Shown: one piece after another, positions 25,578 to 32,633 of the stretch
Numbering within the stretch: the stretch's first letter is position 1
How the letters are laid out: each line of letters begins with the position of its first letter
DNA from: Candidatus Harrisonbacteria bacterium RIFCSPHIGHO2_02_FULL_40_20
GTDB lineage: Bacteria > Patescibacteriota > Minisyncoccia > UBA6257 > WO2-44-18
NCBI GenBank assembly: GCA_001818675.1
Contig: MHJF01000023.1
Span: 1 to 47,335, forward strand
Length of the DNA: 47,335 bases
Reading direction: 5' to 3'
Program-made: the position numbers and the translations under genes
Notes under the pieces: model-generated
Told to the model about the DNA's origin: nothing
The model's input: the letters and a program-made list of their open reading frames with translations, nothing else
The model's database searches: none

Positions 25578-25727
25578 CCCCGCACTAATTTTGCGGGTAA
25601 TGCTTGGGCGATCCGCTTCGCCCATTAAGGGATGTGTCTATTCGACACACGCGGATCGCGACCTTTACAATAACCATCGTTTAAACTACAATTTATTATA
25701 AATTATCTAGGCAAAATTAGTGCGGGG
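25578..25727. repeat. 17-bp perfect inverted repeat enclosing 116 nt in the nusG-rplK spacer
   Basis: CCCCGCACTAATTTTGC at 25578-25594 and GCAAAATTAGTGCGGGG at 25711-25727. An inner 9-bp helix pairs GCGATCCGC with GCGGATCGC. Confidence 0.85.
25664..25692 (+). promoter_or_regulatory. candidate rplK promoter
   Basis: TTTACA-N17-TACAAT, lying inside the inverted-repeat-bounded spacer element. Confidence 0.5.
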
Positions 25728-25767
25728 TGCTCATTTTTGTAGTCAATCGCTCCGCTCTTGAACAAAA

Positions 25768-26193
25768 ATGGCAAAACCAATCAAAACAACCTTAAAGCTT
25801 CAGATTCCGGCGGGCGCCGCGAACCCGGCTCCTCCGATTGGGCCTGCTTTGGGCCAACACGGCGTGAATATTGCTGAATTTTGTAAGCAGTTTAATGAAG
25901 CCACTAAAACTATGACGGGCGATATTGTTCCTGCGGAAATTACGATTTATGAAGATCGCAGTTTTACTTTTAAATTAAAAACTCCGCCCGCTTCAGCTTT
26001 ATTAAAAAAGGCTGCTGGAATTGAAAAGGGATCAGGCAATCCAATTCTTACTAAAGTTGGCAAGGTTACTAAAGAAGATTTACGTAAAATTGCAGAGCGA
26101 AAGATGCCCGATTTAAATACCGACAATGTTGAGGCAGCGATGCGCATTATTGCTGGCACTGCCAAGAATATGGGAATAGAGGTGATAGAGTAG
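25768..26193 (+). CDS. rplK: 50S ribosomal protein L11
   Basis: 141 aa with [25 protein letters not shown]. Confidence 0.96.
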   Translation: MAKPIKTTLKLQIPAGAANPAPPIGPALGQHGVNIAEFCKQFNEATKTMTGDIVPAEITIYEDRSFTFKLKTPPASALLKKAAGIEKGSGNPILTKVGKVTKEDLRKIAERKMPDLNTDNVEAAMRIIAGTAKNMGIEVIE

Positions 26194-26354
26194 AGGATTT
26201 TGGTATTTTCGGAGATATGCTTTTCGGAACCAGAATAATTAGCTCCAGCGGGCTAATTTTCTTTTCCCTCGGCGATTTTTCGTTCGTTGAAAATTATAAC
26301 GAACGAGCCATGTAAAATCGCCTCCGGGACATTCCGAGCCAGCATACCATCCTC
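26193..26354 (-). ncRNA. Element-3 copy b: candidate structured RNA of unknown class
   Basis: Its reverse complement aligns with 45076-45223. Conserved unpaired blocks and covarying helices. A minus-strand TTAGCT-N16-TATTAT lies at 26394-26367. Confidence 0.45.
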
Positions 26355-26374
26355 AACCAACATCCAATAATATT

Positions 26375-26403
26375 TTGACTTTTTACATAGCTAATGCTAT
26401 TAT
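26375..26403 (+). promoter_or_regulatory. candidate promoter of the Nudix gene and its leader
   Basis: TTGACT-N17-TATTAT, about 22 nt upstream of the Element-2 leader. Confidence 0.6.
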
Positions 26404-26424
26404 CTCTGGGGTTGTTTAAAAATT

Positions 26425-26491
26425 GAAGGCTAAACCTCGAATTTTCGAGGTCGCTCGATCAAAACCTCGTTTTGATTTAGGGAGATGGCAA
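26425..26491 (+). promoter_or_regulatory. Element-2 leader (variant II) upstream of Nudix hydrolase
   Basis: GAAGGCTAAAC, hairpin CCTCGA/TCGAGG, then CGATCAAAAC-CTC-GTTTTGATTTAGGGAG. Lies downstream of the promoter at 26375-26403. Confidence 0.65.
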
Positions 26492-27037
26492 ATGGCCAAA
26501 GTTTGCGATCACACGAGCGTGGGTTTGCTTTTATCATATCAGAATAACAATGATTGGCAGTTACGTTTTTTAATGATAGAGCGGCATAATTATCCTCAAG
26601 CAATAGCTTTGCCAGCTGGGCATTGTGATGGCGACGATTTCTATAAAGCTATACGGCGTGAAGGTAAGGAAGAAGTCGGGATAGATCTCGGAAATTTAAA
26701 TTTGAATTTTGTTGCAAGAATAGATAATCCCTGTAAACGTCAGGATGGATCTCACCATATTTGGGGAATTTTTGAGGGATATTTTTATAGTGGTACTGTA
26801 GCTGCTGGCAGCGATGCTAAAAGATTTTTCTGGGCCACTCTTGACGAGTTAAGAAAATTTTCTCAAAGAACCGAATTTTTTATGAAGAAATATTCTGTTG
26901 ATTGGCAGGACGTTGGTAAGTTGACTAAGGCCATTTTTGGCGATCCACAGAATCCTCAAGTTGATCCGGATTGGCAAAAGGAAATGGGCCTTGAGCCGGT
27001 GTGGTATTATATACTGAAGAAATTGATGTATATTTAG
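26492..27037 (+). CDS. Nudix hydrolase with C-terminal extension
   Basis: Starts at MAKVCDH, after the shared hairpin-SD leader. Nudix box-like GHCDGDDFYKAIRREGKEEVGI. The ORF-track start at 26423 lies inside the leader. Confidence 0.75.
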   Translation: MAKVCDHTSVGLLLSYQNNNDWQLRFLMIERHNYPQAIALPAGHCDGDDFYKAIRREGKEEVGIDLGNLNLNFVARIDNPCKRQDGSHHIWGIFEGYFYSGTVAAGSDAKRFFWATLDELRKFSQRTEFFMKKYSVDWQDVGKLTKAIFGDPQNPQVDPDWQKEMGLEPVWYYILKKLMYI

Positions 27038-27045
27038 TGATTTGA

Positions 27046-27069
27046 CTGCCCTTACGAGGGCGGTTTTTA
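27046..27069 (+). terminator. intrinsic terminator after Nudix gene 1
   Basis: CTGCCCT-TACG-AGGGCGG followed by TTTTTAT. Confidence 0.7.
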
Positions 27070-27122
27070 TATGCCGAATTTTAAAACGAAAACCGGGACT
27101 TTTAGGTCGTGAAAGGACAGTT

Positions 27123-27160
27123 ATATCTAAGTGCTATCCTATAGGATAGCACTTAGATAT
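27123..27160. repeat. 38-bp perfect palindrome
   Basis: ATATCTAAGTGCTATCCTA|TAGGATAGCACTTAGATAT. I verified by hand that it equals its own reverse complement. Confidence 0.95.
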
Positions 27161-27281
27161 TCAGAGTTTGAATTATAAAGAAACCACGGACTTTAGTTCG
27201 TAGAATTTTATTGGTACGGGGTTGCGGAGGCGGTTTTTATTTTCTATAATCTTATTACGTTCTTTTACATAAATAAAAAGA

Positions 27282-27377
27282 CTAAAACAATTTGCTTTGC
27301 AAATTGTTCGCCCCTAAATGGGCGAGCCCATCGGGCTATAGCCGATCAAAACCCCGTTTTGATTTAGGGAGGCATAT
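27282..27377 (+). promoter_or_regulatory. Element-2 leader (variant I) upstream of dCMP deaminase
   Basis: 10-bp hairpin AACAATTTGC/GCAAATTGTT, TCGCCC-CTAAAT-GGGCGA, GATCAAAAC-CCC-GTTTTGATT, then AGGGAGG and the GTG. Confidence 0.65.
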
Positions 27378-27938
27378 GTGGATAAAACCGAACGTCCGCA
27401 GTGGGACGAAATTTTTCTTTTAATGGCCGCGGTGTTTTCATCTCGGGGGTCTTGCGATCGTTTACTGACTTCCTGTTTTTTAGTGAAGAATAAACGGATT
27501 GTTGGAGTTGGTTATAATGGCGCGGTGGCCGGTCTTTCTAATTGTGATGAAGTGGGGCATTTAATGGTTGATAATCATTGCGTTCGGACTATTCATGGCG
27601 AAGATAATGCTGTAAATAATGCCGTTGCTGACTTAGATGGCGCCACGGCTTATGTTATTGCCACTCCTTGTTTAGATTGCGTTAAGAATCTTTTACAAAA
27701 AGGGATTAAGCGCATTGTCTATGTGGGTATTTACGCAAATTCTAAAGGATTAGAGCATATTGAGAGTTTTTGTAAGGAAAAGGCCGTGGTTTTAGATCAT
27801 TTCAGCGATCCAAGAATTCTTCTGTCAATCTTGCGAAAAGTGCTTAATCGTTTGCGTGGTCCGGGGGGAATTTTAAAAGATATTCCCGAAGAAGAAATAT
27901 TTTTATTGTTAAGGGGCAATAATAATTTTTCAACTTAA
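27378..27938 (+). CDS. dCMP deaminase (ComEB/Dcd-type zinc deaminase)
   Basis: GTG start 6 nt after GGGAGG. Contains WDEIFLLMA, HGEDNA and PCLDC zinc motifs. Confidence 0.88.
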   Translation: MDKTERPQWDEIFLLMAAVFSSRGSCDRLLTSCFLVKNKRIVGVGYNGAVAGLSNCDEVGHLMVDNHCVRTIHGEDNAVNNAVADLDGATAYVIATPCLDCVKNLLQKGIKRIVYVGIYANSKGLEHIESFCKEKAVVLDHFSDPRILLSILRKVLNRLRGPGGILKDIPEEEIFLLLRGNNNFST

Positions 27939-27969
27939 TATGATCATTAAAGTGATTATCAAAAATAGT

Positions 27970-27998
27970 ACAGTCCGAAAATTTTCGGACTGTTTTTA
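27970..27998 (+). terminator. intrinsic terminator after dCMP deaminase
   Basis: ACAGTCCGAAAATTTTCGGACTGT followed by TTTTAAT. Confidence 0.75.
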
Positions 27999-28046
27999 AT
28001 TCGTATAACAATTAGTTATCAGGATGATATAATAAAAATAATCAAC

Positions 28047-28658
28047 ATGAAAAAGGGAAAATTTATTGTTTTAGACGGGGTAGATGGATCGGGTAAGGGA
28101 ACTCAATTAGCTAAGCTAGCCGAATTTATTTTTCGGACTGATAAGAGTAAGCAGGTTGTATTAACTAGAGAGCCTTTTAAGTACAATTTAGAAATTAGAA
28201 AAATTCTAAAAAAAGAAAAAAAACCGCAAGCTCAATCTGAGAAATTAACAAGGCTTTTTGTAAAAGATCGGATTTTTCACACTAGCGTCATTAAAAAACT
28301 AACGCTTTTAGGTTTTGATGTTGTTTGCGACCGCTATAAATATTCCACTTTGGCTTATCAGCAAACGCAAGGCATTCCGTTGGCAAAATTGTTAGAGATG
28401 CACAAAGGCATTTTATTGCCTGATTTAGCAATTATTATAGATATTCCGGTTAGGGCGGTCTTAGCTAGGATTCACAAAGATCTTAATAGGAAATTTAAAG
28501 AAATGTTTGAGCAGGAGGAATTTCAAGAAAAATTGCGCCAGAATTTTCTGGCTTTGCCTAAGCAGTTGCCGGATGAAAAAATCGTGATTATAGACGGCAA
28601 TCGTTCTCCGGAAAAAGTTTTTGAATTAATCAAAAAAGAAGTAGATACAATTTTGTGA
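28047..28658 (+). CDS. tmk: thymidylate kinase
   Basis: 203 aa with P-loop LDGVDGSGKGTQ and a DRY-type motif (CDRYKYST). Confidence 0.88.
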   Translation: MKKGKFIVLDGVDGSGKGTQLAKLAEFIFRTDKSKQVVLTREPFKYNLEIRKILKKEKKPQAQSEKLTRLFVKDRIFHTSVIKKLTLLGFDVVCDRYKYSTLAYQQTQGIPLAKLLEMHKGILLPDLAIIIDIPVRAVLARIHKDLNRKFKEMFEQEEFQEKLRQNFLALPKQLPDEKIVIIDGNRSPEKVFELIKKEVDTIL

Positions 28659-28660
28659 TT

Positions 28661-28690
28661 ACCGCGGCCCCACACCGCGGTTTTTTATTT
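28661..28690 (+). terminator. intrinsic terminator after tmk
   Basis: ACCGCGG-CCCCACA-CCGCGGT followed by TTTTTATTTT. Confidence 0.8.
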
Positions 28691-28819
28691 TATTATCCAT
28701 GATTTCGCGCTCTTGCTCTTAGTAAGAGAGTCTGTTATTTTCTAAGTAGTTTGAACCTCACACATAAACGATATGTGTGGAATGAACCTTGAAAATCAAA
28801 GTGAAAGGAGGCGAATTCA

Positions 28820-29323
28820 ATGAGATCATTAGTAATGTGTGGCAGCCGTAAATTCAAAGATTATTTTGACGTTTTTGCTCTTTTCTTTCGAAAACGCAAC
28901 GTTGTGGTTAATTACCCAAATTTTCATTATCAGCGAAAGAAAACTGTTTATATTCCCGAACTTATGTTTGTTCGATCGCCAGCCCAACGGTTAAGGGTTT
29001 CGGGATTAGTTCATACGCATATTCAGAAAATTAGGGAGACTGCAGGTGAAGGCGGAGTTTGTCTGATTGTAAATCCATTGCCTAAATGCGGCCAGAAATT
29101 GCCTTTTGGATATATCGGAGACAACACGATTCTGGAAATTGGAGTTGCTATAACTCTTGGTATGAGAGTGTTGATGTTGCGTCCATTTGATGAGGTAAGT
29201 ATTATGTCAGTGGTGCCCGCGGATGACAAGAGCCGGTTTTTCGTTTTGGTTCATCCGAAATTGGATCCGTGTGATCCGGATGTTGTTTGGCCTTGGCTAA
29301 GGAGGTTTCTCAATGGCTCATAA
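28820..29323 (+). CDS. nucleoside 2-deoxyribosyltransferase / DNPH1-like fold protein
   Basis: 167 aa. N-terminal VMCGSRKF resembles the YFCGSIRG of DNPH1. Candidate catalytic Glu lies in NTILEIGVAITLGMRVLML. Assignment from remembered family motifs only. Confidence 0.5.
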   Translation: MRSLVMCGSRKFKDYFDVFALFFRKRNVVVNYPNFHYQRKKTVYIPELMFVRSPAQRLRVSGLVHTHIQKIRETAGEGGVCLIVNPLPKCGQKLPFGYIGDNTILEIGVAITLGMRVLMLRPFDEVSIMSVVPADDKSRFFVLVHPKLDPCDPDVVWPWLRRFLNGS

Positions 29324-29741
29324 ACCTTGCTGTCAATCTGTTGGCGCGATAATCAAAAATAGCAAAGGGGAATATTTAACTCTTTATCGAAAATTAAAGC
29401 CAATTGGTTTAGGTTTGCCGGCCGGCCATGTGGAATTTGGAGAAACTCCGGAAGAAGCATTTTTAAGAGAAACGCACGAGGAGGTTGGAATTCGGCCTAA
29501 AAAGTATCGGATTGTTTTGAGGGGCGTAATTCCCGGTGTTTGTCGTCGGGGTGCCAAAAAGCATTATTGGACTGTTTTTAGGGTTGAAAAATATTTTGGC
29601 AAACCCCATCGAAAAGAAAAATCCAAGCATGCTAACGTGAAGTTCAAGAGCGTTAAAGAGATTCGGGAATATTTAGATAGCAATGACGTTGATCCTGCTT
29701 GGGTAGAAATTTTCAATCGTTTGAATATTATCAAGAGATGA
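29313..29741 (+). CDS. Nudix hydrolase
   Basis: 142 aa with canonical Nudix box GHVEFGETPEEAFLRETHEEVGI. Overlaps the upstream gene by 11 nt. Confidence 0.85.
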   Translation: MAHKPCCQSVGAIIKNSKGEYLTLYRKLKPIGLGLPAGHVEFGETPEEAFLRETHEEVGIRPKKYRIVLRGVIPGVCRRGAKKHYWTVFRVEKYFGKPHRKEKSKHANVKFKSVKEIREYLDSNDVDPAWVEIFNRLNIIKR

Positions 29742-29763
29742 TTGCCGATAAGCATTAAGCGAT

Positions 29764-29797
29764 AGCCGGGCGCATTTGTTAAGCCCGGCTTTTTTAT
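29764..29797 (+). terminator. intrinsic terminator after Nudix gene 2
   Basis: AGCCGGGC-loop-GCCCGGCT followed by TTTTTTATT. Confidence 0.8.
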
Positions 29798-29843
29798 TGT
29801 ATATTATTCACAGCTTTGATCTTTGATATTTAAAGGGGGTTTT

Positions 29844-30404
29844 ATGAGTTGTCAAAAACGTTGCCTTTATCGGACTTATTTAGCCGGTCCGATGCAAAAT
29901 GTCGCTTACAGTGGCGCTGGTTGGCGCCAAAGATTGGGTATTTTGCTAGAACATTTAAGAATTCGGGTTCAGGATCCCGTTAAAAGCGAATCTGCCAAAA
30001 CCGGACTTCGGCCCGCTAGAACTAAGGTTAGATTGAAAATGCTCACTGCCCTAGCTATTCATGGAGATAAAGAAGCGGAAAAGAAGTTCCGACGGATGAT
30101 TAAAAAAGTGGTTAAGGCCGATTTTTCTTGCGTTCATTCCTCGCATTTTATTATCGCTACCGTTATCGAGAATGTTGTTTCCATTGGCACGACTGCCGAG
30201 ATTATTGAGGCCGCTAGGAAAAAAATTCCGATTTACGTCCTTTATCTTGGCAGAATAGAGAATTTTCCCCATTGGATGCTTTATTATATTTTTCATTCGC
30301 AGGGAAAAATTTTCCCCATGAAACATAAAAGAGATTTTTTAGGCTTGATTGATTTCTTGAAGACTAAATTTGCTTTGAGGAGGCTGGAAAATGAACATTC
30401 CTGA
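29844..30404 (+). CDS. nucleoside 2-deoxyribosyltransferase-like fold protein
   Basis: 186 aa from the ATG after AAAGGGGG. Contains TYLAGPMQ and SIGTTAEIIEAARKKIPIYVL, which resemble NDT-family motifs. Confidence 0.5.
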   Translation: MSCQKRCLYRTYLAGPMQNVAYSGAGWRQRLGILLEHLRIRVQDPVKSESAKTGLRPARTKVRLKMLTALAIHGDKEAEKKFRRMIKKVVKADFSCVHSSHFIIATVIENVVSIGTTAEIIEAARKKIPIYVLYLGRIENFPHWMLYYIFHSQGKIFPMKHKRDFLGLIDFLKTKFALRRLENEHS

Positions 30405-30792
30405 TTTCAAAAAATGGAAATCAATAGCTGTAGAGTCAATCTTTTTAGATATCACTCGATTGAGAATTTATTACCAAGAAGCCGAGCTGGAAGATGAAGG
30501 AGAGATTTATTGGGTTGGTTATCGGATAAGATATTTTGATCCAGATACTTTAGGTCGGGGAACGGCTTTTAATTTTTTTGGAAAGGGCGAGGTTTTAAGG
30601 ATTTGGCGGAGCGGCTCCAAGATGCGCCGGATAACTATTTTCACTCCAAGCGGCTGGAAAGAATTTGATGCCGAGGAGTATTCTCTTAGGCTGATTTGCC
30701 TGCTGAAAGCGCTTAAATTTTCGGTTATTCATATTACCTTACAAGGAAAAGAAGCTTGGCGAGGCCAAGAAGTATTTCGAGTTGTTAAATAA
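30391..30792 (+). CDS. hypothetical protein
   Basis: 133 aa. SD GAGGAGG upstream. Overlaps the upstream gene by 14 nt. No family recognised. Confidence 0.55.
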   Translation: MNIPDFKKWKSIAVESIFLDITRLRIYYQEAELEDEGEIYWVGYRIRYFDPDTLGRGTAFNFFGKGEVLRIWRSGSKMRRITIFTPSGWKEFDAEEYSLRLICLLKALKFSVIHITLQGKEAWRGQEVFRVVK

Positions 30793-30824
30793 TCCCGTGC
30801 ATAAGTTTTATGCGCGGGATTTTG
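30791..30824 (+). terminator. hairpin terminator closing the nucleotide island
   Basis: AATCCCGTGCATAA-GTT-TTATGCGCGGGATT, then TTG. A TATAAT for gatB follows at 30826-30831. Confidence 0.6.
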
Positions 30825-30853
30825 CTATAATATCAATAAGGTTAGATAAATCT

Positions 30854-32353
30854 ATGAATAATTACGTTCTTACAATTGGATTAGAAATTCATGCAGAGTT
30901 AAAAACTCGCACGAAAATGTTTTGCGATTGTTTAAACGATCCTTTGGAAAAACATCCTAACGCGAATGTTTGCGTTGTTTGTTTGGCGCATCCGGGTTCT
31001 TTGCCCGTGATTAATAAAGCCGCGGTGGAAGCGGTTTTGAAAGTTGGGATGGCGTTGAATGGCGATATTCCGCAGTTTTCTAAATTTGACCGGAAAAATT
31101 ATTTTTATCCGGATTTGCCTAAGGGCTATCAAATTTCCCAATATGATTTGCCTTTAGTATTTGGCGGGATGCTGCGTGGAGTTCGTTTGCGCCGTGTGCA
31201 TTTGGAAGAGGATACTGCGAGACTCGCTCACGAGTCGAGTCCCGACAGCGCGTCGGGAGTACACCATAGTAGCTCCGATGCAAAGTCGGAGCGACCAACT
31301 TCGTTGGTCGATTTCAACCGCGCCGGCGTTCCTTTGATGGAATTAGTTACCGAGCCGGATATTAAAAACGCGGATCAAGCTGTGGAGTTTGCTAAGGAAC
31401 TTCAGTTAATTTTGCGGTATTTAGGAGTTTCTGATGCGGATATGGAAAAAGGACAAATGCGGGTAGAGGCGAATGTATCAATTCAACAAATAACAAATGA
31501 CAAATTACAAATAACAAAAGAGCTGGGCACAAAAGTAGAAGTTAAAAATATCAATTCTTTTAAAGCGGTTTATGATGCGATTGAATATGAGCTTAAGCGC
31601 CAAGAGGAAGTTTTGGAAGGAGGCGGAAAAATCCATCAGGAAACTCGCGGGTGGGATGAGAAAAAAGGCGTAACGGTATCGCAAAGAATGAAAGAAGAAG
31701 CTCACGATTACCGCTATTTTCCGGAGCCGGATTTGTCCCAAATGGATTTAAGTAAGTTTGATTGGCAGGCTTTAAAGCTGGCAATTCCTGAATTGCCGCC
31801 CGCAAAACGTTCGCGGTTTTCTAAAGAGTACGGTTTTACGCCAGAGCAAGCGGAAATTTTGATAACCGATAGAAATATGGCGGAGTTTTTTGAAGAAGCC
31901 GCCTCGGAATTAAAAGAGGAATTACCGGACACTAAAGATTATTCGCTTCTTTATAATTATTTAGTGAGTGATCTTCGGGGTTTTTTAATAGAAAAAGGGA
32001 TTGGCTTAAAAGAGTCCAAAATTTCTCCGGAGAATTTTGCGGATTTAATGATTTTAGTTTCGTCAGGAAAGATTAATAGCCGAGTCGCTAAAGATTTATT
32101 GGCGAAGATGGAAGAAACCGGTCTTGATCCGCAGGAGATTGTTAAAAGCGAAGGATTAGAGCAAGTTTCCGGAGAAGGCGAGTTGTTTAAAATTGCTGAA
32201 GAGGTGATGAAAGAAAATCTATCCGCAGTTGAAGATTATAAAAAAGGTAAAGCCCAAGCCTTGCAATTCTTAGTCGGAAAAACTATGGCGCGCTTAAAAG
32301 GCCGCGGCAATCCCACAATTTTGCAGGAGATATTTAAAAAATTGCTTTTATAA
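30854..32353 (+). CDS. gatB: aspartyl/glutamyl-tRNA amidotransferase subunit B
   Basis: Starts MNNYVLTIGLEIHAEL. Contains HLEEDTA, VDFNRAGVPLMELVTEPD and a C-terminal YqeY-like tail. The ORF-track start at 30782 lies upstream of a terminator and a TATAAT. Confidence 0.93.
   Translation: MNNYVLTIGLEIHAELKTRTKMFCDCLNDPLEKHPNANVCVVCLAHPGSLPVINKAAVEAVLKVGMALNGDIPQFSKFDRKNYFYPDLPKGYQISQYDLPLVFGGMLRGVRLRRVHLEEDTARLAHESSPDSASGVHHSSSDAKSERPTSLVDFNRAGVPLMELVTEPDIKNADQAVEFAKELQLILRYLGVSDADMEKGQMRVEANVSIQQITNDKLQITKELGTKVEVKNINSFKAVYDAIEYELKRQEEVLEGGGKIHQETRGWDEKKGVTVSQRMKEEAHDYRYFPEPDLSQMDLSKFDWQALKLAIPELPPAKRSRFSKEYGFTPEQAEILITDRNMAEFFEEAASELKEELPDTKDYSLLYNYLVSDLRGFLIEKGIGLKESKISPENFADLMILVSSGKINSRVAKDLLAKMEETGLDPQEIVKSEGLEQVSGEGELFKIAEEVMKENLSAVEDYKKGKAQALQFLVGKTMARLKGRGNPTILQEIFKKLLL
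31485..31519 (+). repeat. heptanucleotide tandem repeat (NACAAAT x5) inside gatB
   Basis: AACAAAT AACAAAT GACAAAT TACAAAT AACAAAA, translated within QQITNDKLQITKE. Confidence 0.85.
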
Positions 32354-32367
32354 GATTTAAAATTAAT

Positions 32368-32622
32368 ATGGACAAAGAACCAAAAACTGAAAAAAGTTTA
32401 GAAGAAAAATTGCGAGAAGACGGGTTCCGCATTGAGAAAGCCCAGGTAGAGAATGAACCGCGGCAATGTGAGGGGTGCATGAAAGAAGATAATTTTAAAT
32501 TTCATGACAGGGGTTGGTTGTTGGAAGGATCGTTTTATTGCGAAAATCATAAAGCGGGAGCTTTGGAGGTTTTACGGAAAATAAATGAAGATGGGAAAAG
32601 TAATCCATTAACAGGAATTTGA
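32368..32622 (+). CDS. hypothetical small zinc-knuckle protein
   Basis: 84 aa with a C-x2-C-x20-C-x2-H arrangement (CEGC...CENH). Confidence 0.5.
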   Translation: MDKEPKTEKSLEEKLREDGFRIEKAQVENEPRQCEGCMKEDNFKFHDRGWLLEGSFYCENHKAGALEVLRKINEDGKSNPLTGI

Positions 32623-32633
32623 GGCAACCCTTT

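Noticed and set aside
26423-26491. Extended N-termini translated from leader sequence (MKAKPRIFEVARSKPRFDLGRWQ... and the similar ...SKLRFDLGRQH... on gpt)
   Set aside because: The peptide similarity between unrelated proteins is a by-product of translating the shared RNA/DNA leader. The real starts follow the SD.
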